A stretch of 64,000 nt of DNA from Acidimicrobiales bacterium (GTDB taxonomy: Bacteria; Actinomycetota; Acidimicrobiia; Acidimicrobiales; DATDAH01): assembly GCA_044221555.1 (NCBI GenBank), contig JBGAOY010000015.1, forward strand, positions 1,721 through 65,720, written 5' to 3'. The notes under the pieces are model-generated. The model saw only the letters and a program-made list of their open reading frames with translations, did not search any database and was not told the origin of the DNA. This document shows positions 1-8,900 of this stretch, piece after piece (positions within the stretch are counted from its first letter, which is position 1; every line of letters starts with the position of its first letter). A program made the position numbers and the translations under genes.

Positions 1-315
1 GGGCGCCAGGGCGGGATGCAGGGCATGGCTGTCCACGCCGTCGAGGGCGACGAGGTCCTGCTCGGCGACGGCGAGGGTCGGCCGGGCGTCGCGGTAGCGG
101 CCGTCGGCCGGCACGAGGCTGTTGAGCCCGTCGTTGCCGCCGGCCAGCTCGAGCACCACGAGGATGCGCCCGGGCCGGACCGCGGGCACGGCGTCGCGGT
201 GCTGGACCTCGTCGTCGACCAGCCGTGACCACACCACCGTCCCGGCCAGGGCCGCGCCCGCCGCGCCACCGGCCAGGCCGAGGAATCGCCGTCGGGAGAT
301 GCCGTGGTCGTTCAC
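1..315 (-). CDS. DUF1501-family protein with Tat signal (N-terminal part; runs off window edge)
   Basis: Manual translation from GTG at 315 (overlaps upstream TGA): MNDHGISRRRFLGLAGGAAG...ILVVLELAGGNDGLNSLVP; SRRRFL Tat motif, DUF1501-type GGNDGLN motif, follows DUF1800 gene. Confidence 0.85.
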   Translation of the reverse strand, partial: MNDHGISRRRFLGLAGGAAGAALAGTVVWSRLVDDEVQHRDAVPAVRPGRILVVLELAGGNDGLNSLVPADGRYRDARPTLAVAEQDLVALDGVDSHALHPALAP

Positions 316-1604
316 GCCATCACCAGGTCGGGTGAGGCCAGGGCCACCGTGAGCAGGCCGACCCCTCCGTCCCGGCTCGTGGCAGGGACGAGGGTCTCCA
401 GGGCGTCCTGAGTGGCGGGGGTGAAGCCCTCGGGACGGCCCAGCGCGTCGGCCAGCTCGTGGAGGTCGCCCGCGGCCGCGGCGGCGCGGGCAGGGTTGTC
501 CTCTGCAGTCGCCACGGCGACGGCACCGGCCAGGCTGTACCGCTGCGCCGTCGTCGACGAGGCCAACCACGTCGTGCCGCCGGGCCACCCGCCGACGTTC
601 GGGGGCCACATGGGGAGGTGGCCGGCATCGTGGAGGCCCCAGTACCGGTCCTCGTCGCCGAGGACGGCTCCCGTGGCTCGTTGCGCAGCGACCAGCCAGG
701 GCAGCGGCCCGAGCACGAGGGCGGAGGCCCGGCCCTCGGCCACCGCCTCGAGCACCGCTCGGGCCAGCGTGCGGAGATCGAGGTCGGCCTCGCGGAACCG
801 CTCGGCCAGGCGGTCGAGCAGCTCCGGCTCGGCATCGGGGCCGAGCACCGCTCGCCCGAAGCGACCGGCCACGAAGCCGGCGCACGCCTCGTGGGCGACC
901 ACCGCCTCGATCACCGTGTCGACATCGTGCACCCCCGCCCGCCCGAGGTAGCGCTGCGGGGTGTCGTCGTGACCGGAGGGGTCGAGGTACGACGAGGCCC
1001 GCGTCGGATCGACCGCGGACCCCGTGTCGTCGAACCGGACGCGCCACCCGGTCAAGGCCCGGGCGCCGGCCACGACGTCGGCCTCGGTGAAGTTCCCCAC
1101 CCCGAGCGCGAAGAGCTCGAGGAGCTCGCGTGAGTAGTTCTCGTTGGGATGCCGCCCGGTGCTGTCGACCCCGTCGAGGTAGCTCAGCATCGCGGGGTCG
1201 ATCGTGGTCGCCCGCAGGAGGTCGGGGAACGACCCCAGGCCGCCGCGCCGGAACAGGTTGATCTGCGCCGTCATCTTGGGCGGGAAGGCCACCACGCCGA
1301 GACCCGACACGAGGTGGCCGTGCCAGTACCAGGCCATCCACTCCTCGAGGGAACGGCCCGCGGTGATGAGGTGGTCGAGCCAGCGGTTCACGGCGGTGAT
1401 CGAGCCGGTGACCGTGTCGTAGAACGGGAAGGTCACATCGGCCCACAGGTCGTCCGGCTCCGCGGGGATGTCGTGACGGCCGGGGTCGACCAGGCGGTCG
1501 ATGACGGCGTCGACGCCCAGCGCCGTGAGCTCGTCGAGCTGGCCAGGAGCGAGTCCGAAGCCGGTCCGGCGGTACAGGCGTGCGATCGCCTCCCGTTCGC
1601 TCAC
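312..1604 (-). CDS. DUF1800-family protein
   Basis: Motifs RLYRRTGFG, WYWHGH, PNENYSRELLELFALG, ARALTGW; standard partner of DUF1501. Confidence 0.85.
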   Translation of the reverse strand: MSEREAIARLYRRTGFGLAPGQLDELTALGVDAVIDRLVDPGRHDIPAEPDDLWADVTFPFYDTVTGSITAVNRWLDHLITAGRSLEEWMAWYWHGHLVSGLGVVAFPPKMTAQINLFRRGGLGSFPDLLRATTIDPAMLSYLDGVDSTGRHPNENYSRELLELFALGVGNFTEADVVAGARALTGWRVRFDDTGSAVDPTRASSYLDPSGHDDTPQRYLGRAGVHDVDTVIEAVVAHEACAGFVAGRFGRAVLGPDAEPELLDRLAERFREADLDLRTLARAVLEAVAEGRASALVLGPLPWLVAAQRATGAVLGDEDRYWGLHDAGHLPMWPPNVGGWPGGTTWLASSTTAQRYSLAGAVAVATAEDNPARAAAAAGDLHELADALGRPEGFTPATQDALETLVPATSRDGGVGLLTVALASPDLVMA

Positions 1605-1707
1605 AGCGCTGCCAATTCCGTCGAGTCCTCCAGGGCCCTCCGTCAGACGAGCGCTTCGACCACTCGGTCGAACCGCACCGCCGTCCGGCGCTCGGTGGGC
1701 GCCGATG

Positions 1708-2451
1708 CTACCGGTCGTCGGCGTCGTCGGTCGGTCGGTCGGTCGATCCTCCGACGGTGTCGGATCGGCGGGGTCGCTCGCGGCCCAGGTTGCCGACGAG
1801 GGCGGCGACCAGCGTGACCAGGAAGATCTGGCCGATGAGGGCCTCGAGCACCGCGAGCGAACGGGCCCACTGGCTCACGGGCGCGATGTCGCCGTAGCCG
1901 AGGGTGGCGAGGGTGACGTAGCTGAAGTACCCCAGACCGGCCTGCGCGCTGGGGCCGAGGTTGCCCTTGAACGCACCGGGATCGATGGACCAGAGCCCGT
2001 GGAAGAAGAACCCGAACGTGAGGCCCAGCAGCAGGTACACACAGATCGCGCCCAGCACGGTCTGGCCGTTGATGCGCGGGTGCTGGAAGATCCGGCGCAG
2101 GATCACGAGCGGGCAGGCGACCAGCAGCGCGCCGAGCAGCAGGCTGGGGAGCCCGGTGGTGGCCGTGGTCTGGGTGGCGGCGTCGCCGGCGATGAGCAGC
2201 ACCGACAGCACCACCATGAACCAAGCGATGCGGGTGGCGGTGGCGTGGGCCTGCGAGATGTGCAGCGCCAGCAGCAGCATCACCCCCATCAGCGCGGCCT
2301 GGACCACCGGTCCCCACCGGGTCTCGTCGAGCAGTGGCAGCATCAGGATCTGCAGCAGGATCACGCTCAGCAACAACCCGTAGCTGTCGGCCAACCGCTC
2401 CACGTCACGCAGTCGCCCCACGCCCGTGTTGGTAGCACACGCCGGTCCCAT
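1708..2451 (-). CDS. Potassium channel family (two-TM pore) membrane protein; start may be GTG 2421
   Basis: Several TM helices; selectivity filter YFSYVTLATLGYGD. Confidence 0.85.
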   Translation of the reverse strand: MGPACATNTGVGRLRDVERLADSYGLLLSVILLQILMLPLLDETRWGPVVQAALMGVMLLLALHISQAHATATRIAWFMVVLSVLLIAGDAATQTTATTGLPSLLLGALLVACPLVILRRIFQHPRINGQTVLGAICVYLLLGLTFGFFFHGLWSIDPGAFKGNLGPSAQAGLGYFSYVTLATLGYGDIAPVSQWARSLAVLEALIGQIFLVTLVAALVGNLGRERPRRSDTVGGSTDRPTDDADDR

Positions 2452-2478
2452 CCGCGGCCCCCGATACGCTCGGCAGCC

Positions 2479-2634
2479 ATGGATCAGCGCCCCCCACCCG
2501 ACCCGGCCAAGCTCCTGGCGTTCTGGATGGAATGGGAGAAGGGCGAGACCACGCCCGGCACGGTGATGAAGAACCTCAAGGTGGGCGGCCTGCGAGACCT
2601 GCTCGAAGCGATGGTCGAACCCCCCGCGCCTTGA
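2479..2634 (+). CDS. Small protein, 51 aa (MDQRPPPDPAKLLAFWMEWEKGETTPGTVMKNLKVGGLRDLLEAMVEPPAP)
   Basis: Protein-like composition, GC3-rich codons, TACGCT -10 box (2465-2470) 8 nt before ATG, fills gap before Nudix gene. Confidence 0.7.
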   Translation: MDQRPPPDPAKLLAFWMEWEKGETTPGTVMKNLKVGGLRDLLEAMVEPPAP

Positions 2635-2649
2635 TCCGACGGAGCGGGG

Positions 2650-3342
2650 ATGGGTGAGGTGAGCGGCGCTCGGGGCGGGTCGCAGGTGATTCCTCGCCCG
2701 GCCGACGTGCGCCCAGGCGGCCCGGCACCCTGGGCGGACCTGGCGCCCGAGGAGCGGCGGGTGACCACCACCCGCGTGGCCGAGGCCGTGCGCGGGCTCG
2801 GTGACCCCGTCCCCATCCCCGGCGGCGCCCCGCCAGGGGCACGGCCCTCAGCGGTGCTGATCCCGATCTACGACGACGGCGACGGCGCGGTGGTGGTGCT
2901 CACCCGGCGGGCCCAGCACCTGCGCTCGCACAAGGGCGAGGTCAGCTTCCCCGGCGGGCGCCAGGAGCCGGGCGAGGCGCCGCACCAGACGGCCCTTCGA
3001 GAGTCCGAGGAGGAGACCGGCCTGCCCGCCCACGCCGTCGAGCTGGTGGGAGAGCTCGACCCGCTGGCCACGTTCTCGAGCGGGTCGCTGATCGTCCCGT
3101 TCGTGGGGATCCTGGCGGGCGGGCGGCCCGAGCTGGTGGCCCAGGAGTCGGAGGTCGAGGCCATCCTGCACGTGCCCCTGGCCGACCTCCTGCATGCCGA
3201 CGCCTACCGCGAGGAGCTGTGGCGGTTCCCCCAGGGCTACCACCCGCTCTACTTCTTCGAGATCGTGGGCGACACCATCTGGGGGGCCACCGCCCGGATC
3301 CTGCACCAGCTCCTCTCCATCGTGACGGGCACGGGGCGATGA
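2650..3342 (+). CDS. Nudix hydrolase, CoA pyrophosphatase (NudL/PCD1-like)
   Basis: LTRRAQHLRSHKGEVSFPGGRQE...ALRESEEETG Nudix box with CoAse upstream motif. Confidence 0.9.
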   Translation: MGEVSGARGGSQVIPRPADVRPGGPAPWADLAPEERRVTTTRVAEAVRGLGDPVPIPGGAPPGARPSAVLIPIYDDGDGAVVVLTRRAQHLRSHKGEVSFPGGRQEPGEAPHQTALRESEEETGLPAHAVELVGELDPLATFSSGSLIVPFVGILAGGRPELVAQESEVEAILHVPLADLLHADAYREELWRFPQGYHPLYFFEIVGDTIWGATARILHQLLSIVTGTGR

Positions 3343-4778
3343 CCGACCACGATCCCCGCAGCTTCCACATGACCCCCGACGAGTTCCGCCGGCGGGGCGC
3401 CGAGGTGATCGAGTGGATCGCCCGGTACATGGAGCAGGTCGAGGACTACCCGGTGCGCTCACCGGTCGCTCCCGGCGACGTGCGGGCCCAGTTGCCGCCG
3501 CACCCACCCGAGCAGCCCGAGCCCTTCGACGCGGTGATGGCCGACCTCGACCGCATCGTGATGCCCGGCGTCACCCACTGGCAGTCGCCCAACTTCTTCG
3601 CCTACTTCCCGGCCAACACCTCTGGACCGTCGATCCTGGGGGAGCTGGTGTCCGCCGGCCTCGGCGTGCAGGGGATGCTCTGGGCCACCAGCCCGGCCTG
3701 CACCGAGCTCGAGACCCACGTGCTCGACTGGGTGATCGACCTCCTGGGGCTCCCTGAGCGGTTCCGCTCCGCGGGCGCCGGAAGCGGCCGGGAGGGGGGG
3801 TCGGGAGGCGGCGTGATCCAGGACTCGGCCTCGAGCGCCACGCTGTGCGCGCTGCTGGCCGCCCGCCACCGCACGGCGCCCGACAACGACCTCGGCGGGC
3901 TGGTGGCCTACACCTCCACCCAGGCCCACTCGTCGGTGGAGAAGGGTGCACGGGTGGCGGGCCTGCCCGCCGATCGACTGCGGTCGATCGCGGTGGACGA
4001 CGCCTTCGCGATGCGCCCTGCTGCCCTGGCCGCGGCCGTGGAGGCCGATGTGGCCGCGGGCCTGCGCCCCTTCTTCGTCTGCGCCAGCGTGGGCACCACG
4101 TCGTCGACCGCCCTCGACCCCGTCCCGGCCATCGCCGACGTGTGCGAGCGCCATGGCCTCTGGCTGCACGTCGATGCGGCCATGGCCGGCTCGGCGGCAG
4201 TCGCGCCCGAGTTGCGCTTCGTGAACGAGGGCCTCGAACGGGCCGACAGCTACGCCTTCAACCCCCACAAGTGGCTGTTCACCAACTTCGACTGCGACTG
4301 CTTCTACGTGGCCGACCGCTCGGCGCTGATCGAGGCGCTGTCGGTGCTGCCCGAGTACCTGCGCAACACCGCCTCCGACACGGGCGCGGTGATCGACTAC
4401 CGCGACTGGCAGGTGCCGCTGGGCCGGCGGTTCCGAGCCCTCAAGCTGTGGATGGTGATCCGCCACTACGGCGCCGAGGGGCTCCGCCACCACGTGCGTC
4501 GCCATGTCGAGCTCACCCGCGAGCTCGTGGGTTGGATCGAGGCCGACGATCGCTTCGAGCTGGCGGCGCCCGTCCCGCTCAACCTGGTGTGCTTCCGTCA
4601 CGTGGGCGGCGACGAGGCCAACCAGCGCCTCCTCGACACCCTCAACGCCTCCGGTGGCCTCTATCTCACGCACACCCGACTCGACGGCCGACTCACCCTG
4701 CGCCTCTCGATCGGCCAGACCCACACCGAGCGCCACCACGTGGTGGCGGCCTGGGAGCGCATCACCGCGCTGGCGTGA
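3339..4778 (+). CDS. PLP-dependent group II decarboxylase (aromatic-L-amino-acid decarboxylase-like)
   Basis: HWQSPNFFAYFP, WLHVDAAMAG, FNPHKW (PLP lysine), LGRRFRALKLW; ATG 3339 overlaps Nudix stop. Confidence 0.9.
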   Translation: MTDHDPRSFHMTPDEFRRRGAEVIEWIARYMEQVEDYPVRSPVAPGDVRAQLPPHPPEQPEPFDAVMADLDRIVMPGVTHWQSPNFFAYFPANTSGPSILGELVSAGLGVQGMLWATSPACTELETHVLDWVIDLLGLPERFRSAGAGSGREGGSGGGVIQDSASSATLCALLAARHRTAPDNDLGGLVAYTSTQAHSSVEKGARVAGLPADRLRSIAVDDAFAMRPAALAAAVEADVAAGLRPFFVCASVGTTSSTALDPVPAIADVCERHGLWLHVDAAMAGSAAVAPELRFVNEGLERADSYAFNPHKWLFTNFDCDCFYVADRSALIEALSVLPEYLRNTASDTGAVIDYRDWQVPLGRRFRALKLWMVIRHYGAEGLRHHVRRHVELTRELVGWIEADDRFELAAPVPLNLVCFRHVGGDEANQRLLDTLNASGGLYLTHTRLDGRLTLRLSIGQTHTERHHVVAAWERITALA

Positions 4779-4817
4779 GCAACTCGTCGGCCCCGGTCGG
4801 CGCCCGCTCGGGTCGGG

Positions 4818-6560
4818 TCAACGCGTGTGGCCGGCCTCGTCGTCGTCGGCGGCGGCGGCCAGGGACCGGAGCGTCGGCTCGAGCTCGGCCCACATCGCCT
4901 CGGACACCAGGTGGGCGCCGAGCTCGTTGGTGTGGACCTCACCGATGTAGACGTCCGCCTGGTGCCCGTCGAGCGCGTGGGAGAGGCCGATGACGTCATC
5001 GGGGAGGGCGTCGTGGACGTCGGGTGGCCACCCCGCCTGGATCGGCTGCCAGAAGCTGCGCACCGGCGTGTCGTTCCTTCGAGCCAGTTCGGTGACCGTT
5101 CGGTGGGCCCGACCGTAGATCGCCAACGCGGCCTCCTGCTGTGCGGTCGGACCGGCACTGCTGGGAGCGGCCCGCCAGGACGGTGGTTCCTCTGCGCCCA
5201 GGACCTGCTCCGCCACCCGCCACAGGGCGCTGTTGCGCCGGTACGACTCCGTGAGCTCGGCGACGCCCGAGAGGTAGCCGGGCTCGGTCTCGTGCTCGTC
5301 GTGGAAGTCCGAGGCGAGGGCCTGGAGGGCGGAGGCACCGTAGTGGGTCGGCTGTTCCGAGTAGTCGGTGCGCTGCACGAGGAACTCGTTGAACCCGTCG
5401 TAGAACACGATCAGGTCGAACCGGTGGCCGGCGGCGAGGAGCCGTTCGAGATAGAGGTACTCCTGCCAGGCCACCCACGCCGGGAACCCGTAGTTGTGCA
5501 CGTCCAACGCCACGCCGTGAGACTCGGCGATGCGGGCGATCTCGGACGGGATGGTGTGCTGGTCGCGCTGTCCGATGCCGAACATCGTCGACCCGCCGAA
5601 GAAGGCCACCTGGAGGGCCGGCGCGCCGGCAGCGCGGTCGGGTCGGTAGGACCGTCGCTCGCCCCCGGCGACGTTCAGGTAGGTGCCCTCGTAGTCGTGC
5701 GGGGCCGAGATCAGGTACGGGACGTAGGTCGGGTCCTGCAACTGGAAGTCGGCGAGCTCGTCGGCGAACGGGCGCGCCCAGGGCTCACCACCGATGTTCG
5801 GCATGCCCATGACCGCGCGAGCGCTTTCCCGCTTGACGACCAGGAGGTCGCCGCGATCCGAGGGGCGCAACAGCCCCGTGCCCGACAACGCGGCGCCGGC
5901 GGCGACGTCGAGGACCATGGCCACGAGCAGGAATCCAGCCACGGTCAGCACCGTCCTCGTCCGTGAGCGGCTGACGTCGATGGAGGTCGATGGGGTGGGC
6001 GCCTGTGGGTGCGGCGGACCGAGCCCTGCGGCCCGCTCGACCGGCACGCCGGGCCCGATCGATCCGCCCGGCTCGACCGCCCGGGCGGACCGGGTCGTGG
6101 ACGGGCGGCGCCCGCAATGCGGATGCCGGAAATGCACCGTGCCGGCGGGCTCCCGTGCGATCCACCCCTCCCCGTCGGCGTGGAGCATCGCCCTCCTACG
6201 ACGGTGTCGGACCGGGCTGCTGATCAGCCACGCGGGGAGGACGACGAGCCCGAAGGCGAGCGTCACGGACACGGTGGTCAGCGCGCCGATGGTGGCGCGG
6301 ACGGCGGATCCTGTGGCGACTCGAAGGGCGCGCGTCGTCCTCCGTCCGAGCGATGGTGCGAGCACCCCGACCTGGGTCGCCATCACCCCGACGACGACGA
6401 TCGCGCCGATGACGACGTCGGCGCCGGCTGTCCCCGGTCGAACCGCCATGGCGAGGAGAAGCGCCAGGCCGGCGGCCCCGGCGGCGAGCGCGAGTACGTG
6501 TCCTCTCGCTCGTGGCCTCCCGTCGTCCGAGGCGATCGGGACGGGTGCTCCTTGGACCAT
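4818..6560 (-). CDS. Membrane-anchored SGNH/GDSL-fold protein with SxtJ-like N-terminus (paralogue 1)
   Basis: AFFGGSTMFG (block I), FYDGFNE (block III), GEVHTNE (block V, Asp replaced by Gly); start 6560 chosen from GGGAG SD and TATCAT -10. Confidence 0.7.
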   Translation of the reverse strand: MVQGAPVPIASDDGRPRARGHVLALAAGAAGLALLLAMAVRPGTAGADVVIGAIVVVGVMATQVGVLAPSLGRRTTRALRVATGSAVRATIGALTTVSVTLAFGLVVLPAWLISSPVRHRRRRAMLHADGEGWIAREPAGTVHFRHPHCGRRPSTTRSARAVEPGGSIGPGVPVERAAGLGPPHPQAPTPSTSIDVSRSRTRTVLTVAGFLLVAMVLDVAAGAALSGTGLLRPSDRGDLLVVKRESARAVMGMPNIGGEPWARPFADELADFQLQDPTYVPYLISAPHDYEGTYLNVAGGERRSYRPDRAAGAPALQVAFFGGSTMFGIGQRDQHTIPSEIARIAESHGVALDVHNYGFPAWVAWQEYLYLERLLAAGHRFDLIVFYDGFNEFLVQRTDYSEQPTHYGASALQALASDFHDEHETEPGYLSGVAELTESYRRNSALWRVAEQVLGAEEPPSWRAAPSSAGPTAQQEAALAIYGRAHRTVTELARRNDTPVRSFWQPIQAGWPPDVHDALPDDVIGLSHALDGHQADVYIGEVHTNELGAHLVSEAMWAELEPTLRSLAAAADDDEAGHTR

Positions 6561-6723
6561 GGGCTGGCTCCCGATACCGCCATGATAGTGGCCGATGTTC
6601 AACGAGACCTGACCACCATTTGGTGCCCATTCCGCCGGGCCGACCATCGTCATTTCCCGATGATCGTCCACGGGGCACCCCGGCGCGAGCCGGAGACGGT
6701 GACCGACGGGTAGCGTTGCCCAC

Positions 6724-7119
6724 ATGTCGGTGACCGTGACCTTCGAGGGCGACGACCACGCTCACGTCGTGAAACAGGTGCAGGAGTGGCTCGCCACGGT
6801 CGAGGCCGAGCCCGACGGGCCGCTGTCGCCGGCCGAGGCCATCGCCCAGGGGGCCGAGGTGACCAAGGATGCGCTGCGCATCATCGCCCAGGCCGCACCG
6901 CGTCCGATCGCGCAGAACGACGTGTTCCAGCGGCTCACGGGCATGGGCTACAAGGCCACCGATGCCACCAAGAACGCGCTGGTCAGCGGCGTGGGCGCCA
7001 TCGAGGATGCGACCGGCGGCGGTGTGGTCAAAGAGGTGCGCGACACCGGGCGGGGCGCGATCTACGAGATGAACGTGGCCGTGGCCAAGCAGATCCTCAA
7101 GCAGCTCCACGGCGCCTGA
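6724..7119 (+). CDS. Hypothetical protein, 131 aa
   Basis: Typical codon usage; TAGCGT -10 at 6711-6716, 7 nt before ATG. Confidence 0.75.
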   Translation: MSVTVTFEGDDHAHVVKQVQEWLATVEAEPDGPLSPAEAIAQGAEVTKDALRIIAQAAPRPIAQNDVFQRLTGMGYKATDATKNALVSGVGAIEDATGGGVVKEVRDTGRGAIYEMNVAVAKQILKQLHGA

Positions 7120-7131
7120 GCGCCCGGCTGG

Positions 7132-8892
7132 TCAACGACGGTCGGCCAGCGCCTCGACCTGCGGGCCCAGCTCGTCCCACAGTGCCTGTGCCATGAGGTG
7201 GGCGCCGGCTTCGTTGGTGTGCACCTCGTCGATGTACAGCTCGTCCTCGTGGCCGTCGAGCGCATGGGAGACGTCGGTCACCTCGTCCGGCAGGCGGTCG
7301 ATGACACTGGGGTCCCAGCCTGCTTTCGTGGGCTGCCAGAAGAAGTGGACCGGGGTGTCGCTGTCCGCCAGGACGGCGTCGGTGAGGTCGATCGCCCGGC
7401 GGTAGATGCCGAGGGCGGCGTCCCGACGCTGGTCAGGAGTCGCGGTGGAGGTGTACGCGCCCTCGCCCACCGGGTCACCACCACGGAATCGATCGACCAG
7501 GCGGCCCACGGCGCTGAAGCGCGCGTAGGCGGCACCGACCTCGCGGAGCCCCGCCGTGACGGTCTGGGAGGTCTCGTGCTCGTCGTGGTACTCGCCGGCG
7601 AGCTGGTTGACCGTGCCCGCGCCCAGGTGGGTCGGATCGGTCGAGTACCCGGTGTTCTGGACGAGGAACTCGTTGAACCCGTCGTAGAACACCACCAGGT
7701 CGTACTCCTCGCCGGCGGCCACGAGGCGCTCGAGGTACTGGAACTCCTGCCAGCTGACCCAGCCGGGCAGGCCGTAGTTGTGCACTTCCACGGGCACGCC
7801 GGCGTCCTCGGCGAGGCGGGCGAACTCCGACGGGATGGTGTGCTCGTCGCGCTGACCCACGCCGAACATCACCGAGCCGCCCAGGAAGGCGACCCGCAGT
7901 GGGCTCCGGCCGTCGGGGACCGGCGGTTCGTAGGACACGCGCTCGGTGTCGGTCGCGTTGAGGTACCGGCTCTCGAACGCGTGCGGGCCGTTGACCAGGT
8001 ACGGGACGTAGGCCTCGTCGCCCAGTTGGTAGTCGGTGAGCGCCTCGCCGTACTCGGCGGCCCACGGCTCGGACGCGATCGGGGGGGCGGCCATCGTCGT
8101 GCGGACGGCGTCTTCGACGTAGCGCTCGACCTCGCCCCGGTCATCGGGCGGCAGCCCCGCGAGCGTGAGGACGCTGCCGACCACCAGATCCACGATGACC
8201 AGCGCCGCGACCACGGCCAGCGCGGTCACGAGGCGTGGGCGCCGCCGGCGCCACCGACGGGGGGGACGCTGGGGATCCGCGGTGCCGGGCGACGCGGCAG
8301 CGATGTCCTCGCCGCCGGGGCTCGGGGCGGCGGCGGTGCCCTCGGCAGCATCGACGGCATCGTCCTCGGCCGCTGGCTCGGCCTCGACCTCGACCGCTGG
8401 CTCGACCCCTGGCTCGACCCCTGGCGCGGGCTCCTCCACGAGCCGTGCCCGTTGCGGCTCACGTCCGAACATCCGCGGCGCGGCGTCCGTCCGGCTCAGG
8501 GCCTCCCGGGGGATCCAGCCGTGGCCGGCCAGGCCCCTCGGCCGACCCAGGGGCCGCCGGAACACGAGCCCCACCAGCGACACGGGGACGATCACCAGGG
8601 CGAACACCACGGTGAGGAGCGTCCAGGACAGCACCAGCCCCACCACGTGGGCGAACGCGTGAGCGCTGCGGGCCAGGCCTGCCTCGAGGCGGTGGGCGAA
8701 GCCCGGCGAGAGCAGGCTGGCCTGGAACAGCGCGAACACCGCGGCGATCAGTGCCAGTGCAGCCACGAGGTGGCCGGTGAGCAGGAGCGCGACGATGACG
8801 CCGAGCGCGCCCAGCGGCGCGAGGCGTACGAAGACGCGCTCGCGCCGGCCCGACGTCGGGGCATCGAGCGGCCCCCAGCCGGGGGCGCTCAC
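7132..8892 (-). CDS. Membrane-anchored SGNH/GDSL-fold protein with SxtJ-like N-terminus (paralogue 2)
   Basis: AFLGGSVMFG, FYDGFNE, IDEVHTNE; clear similarity to 4818-6560. Confidence 0.75.
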   Translation of the reverse strand: MSAPGWGPLDAPTSGRRERVFVRLAPLGALGVIVALLLTGHLVAALALIAAVFALFQASLLSPGFAHRLEAGLARSAHAFAHVVGLVLSWTLLTVVFALVIVPVSLVGLVFRRPLGRPRGLAGHGWIPREALSRTDAAPRMFGREPQRARLVEEPAPGVEPGVEPAVEVEAEPAAEDDAVDAAEGTAAAPSPGGEDIAAASPGTADPQRPPRRWRRRRPRLVTALAVVAALVIVDLVVGSVLTLAGLPPDDRGEVERYVEDAVRTTMAAPPIASEPWAAEYGEALTDYQLGDEAYVPYLVNGPHAFESRYLNATDTERVSYEPPVPDGRSPLRVAFLGGSVMFGVGQRDEHTIPSEFARLAEDAGVPVEVHNYGLPGWVSWQEFQYLERLVAAGEEYDLVVFYDGFNEFLVQNTGYSTDPTHLGAGTVNQLAGEYHDEHETSQTVTAGLREVGAAYARFSAVGRLVDRFRGGDPVGEGAYTSTATPDQRRDAALGIYRRAIDLTDAVLADSDTPVHFFWQPTKAGWDPSVIDRLPDEVTDVSHALDGHEDELYIDEVHTNEAGAHLMAQALWDELGPQVEALADRR

Positions 8893-8900
8893 GAGGGTCG

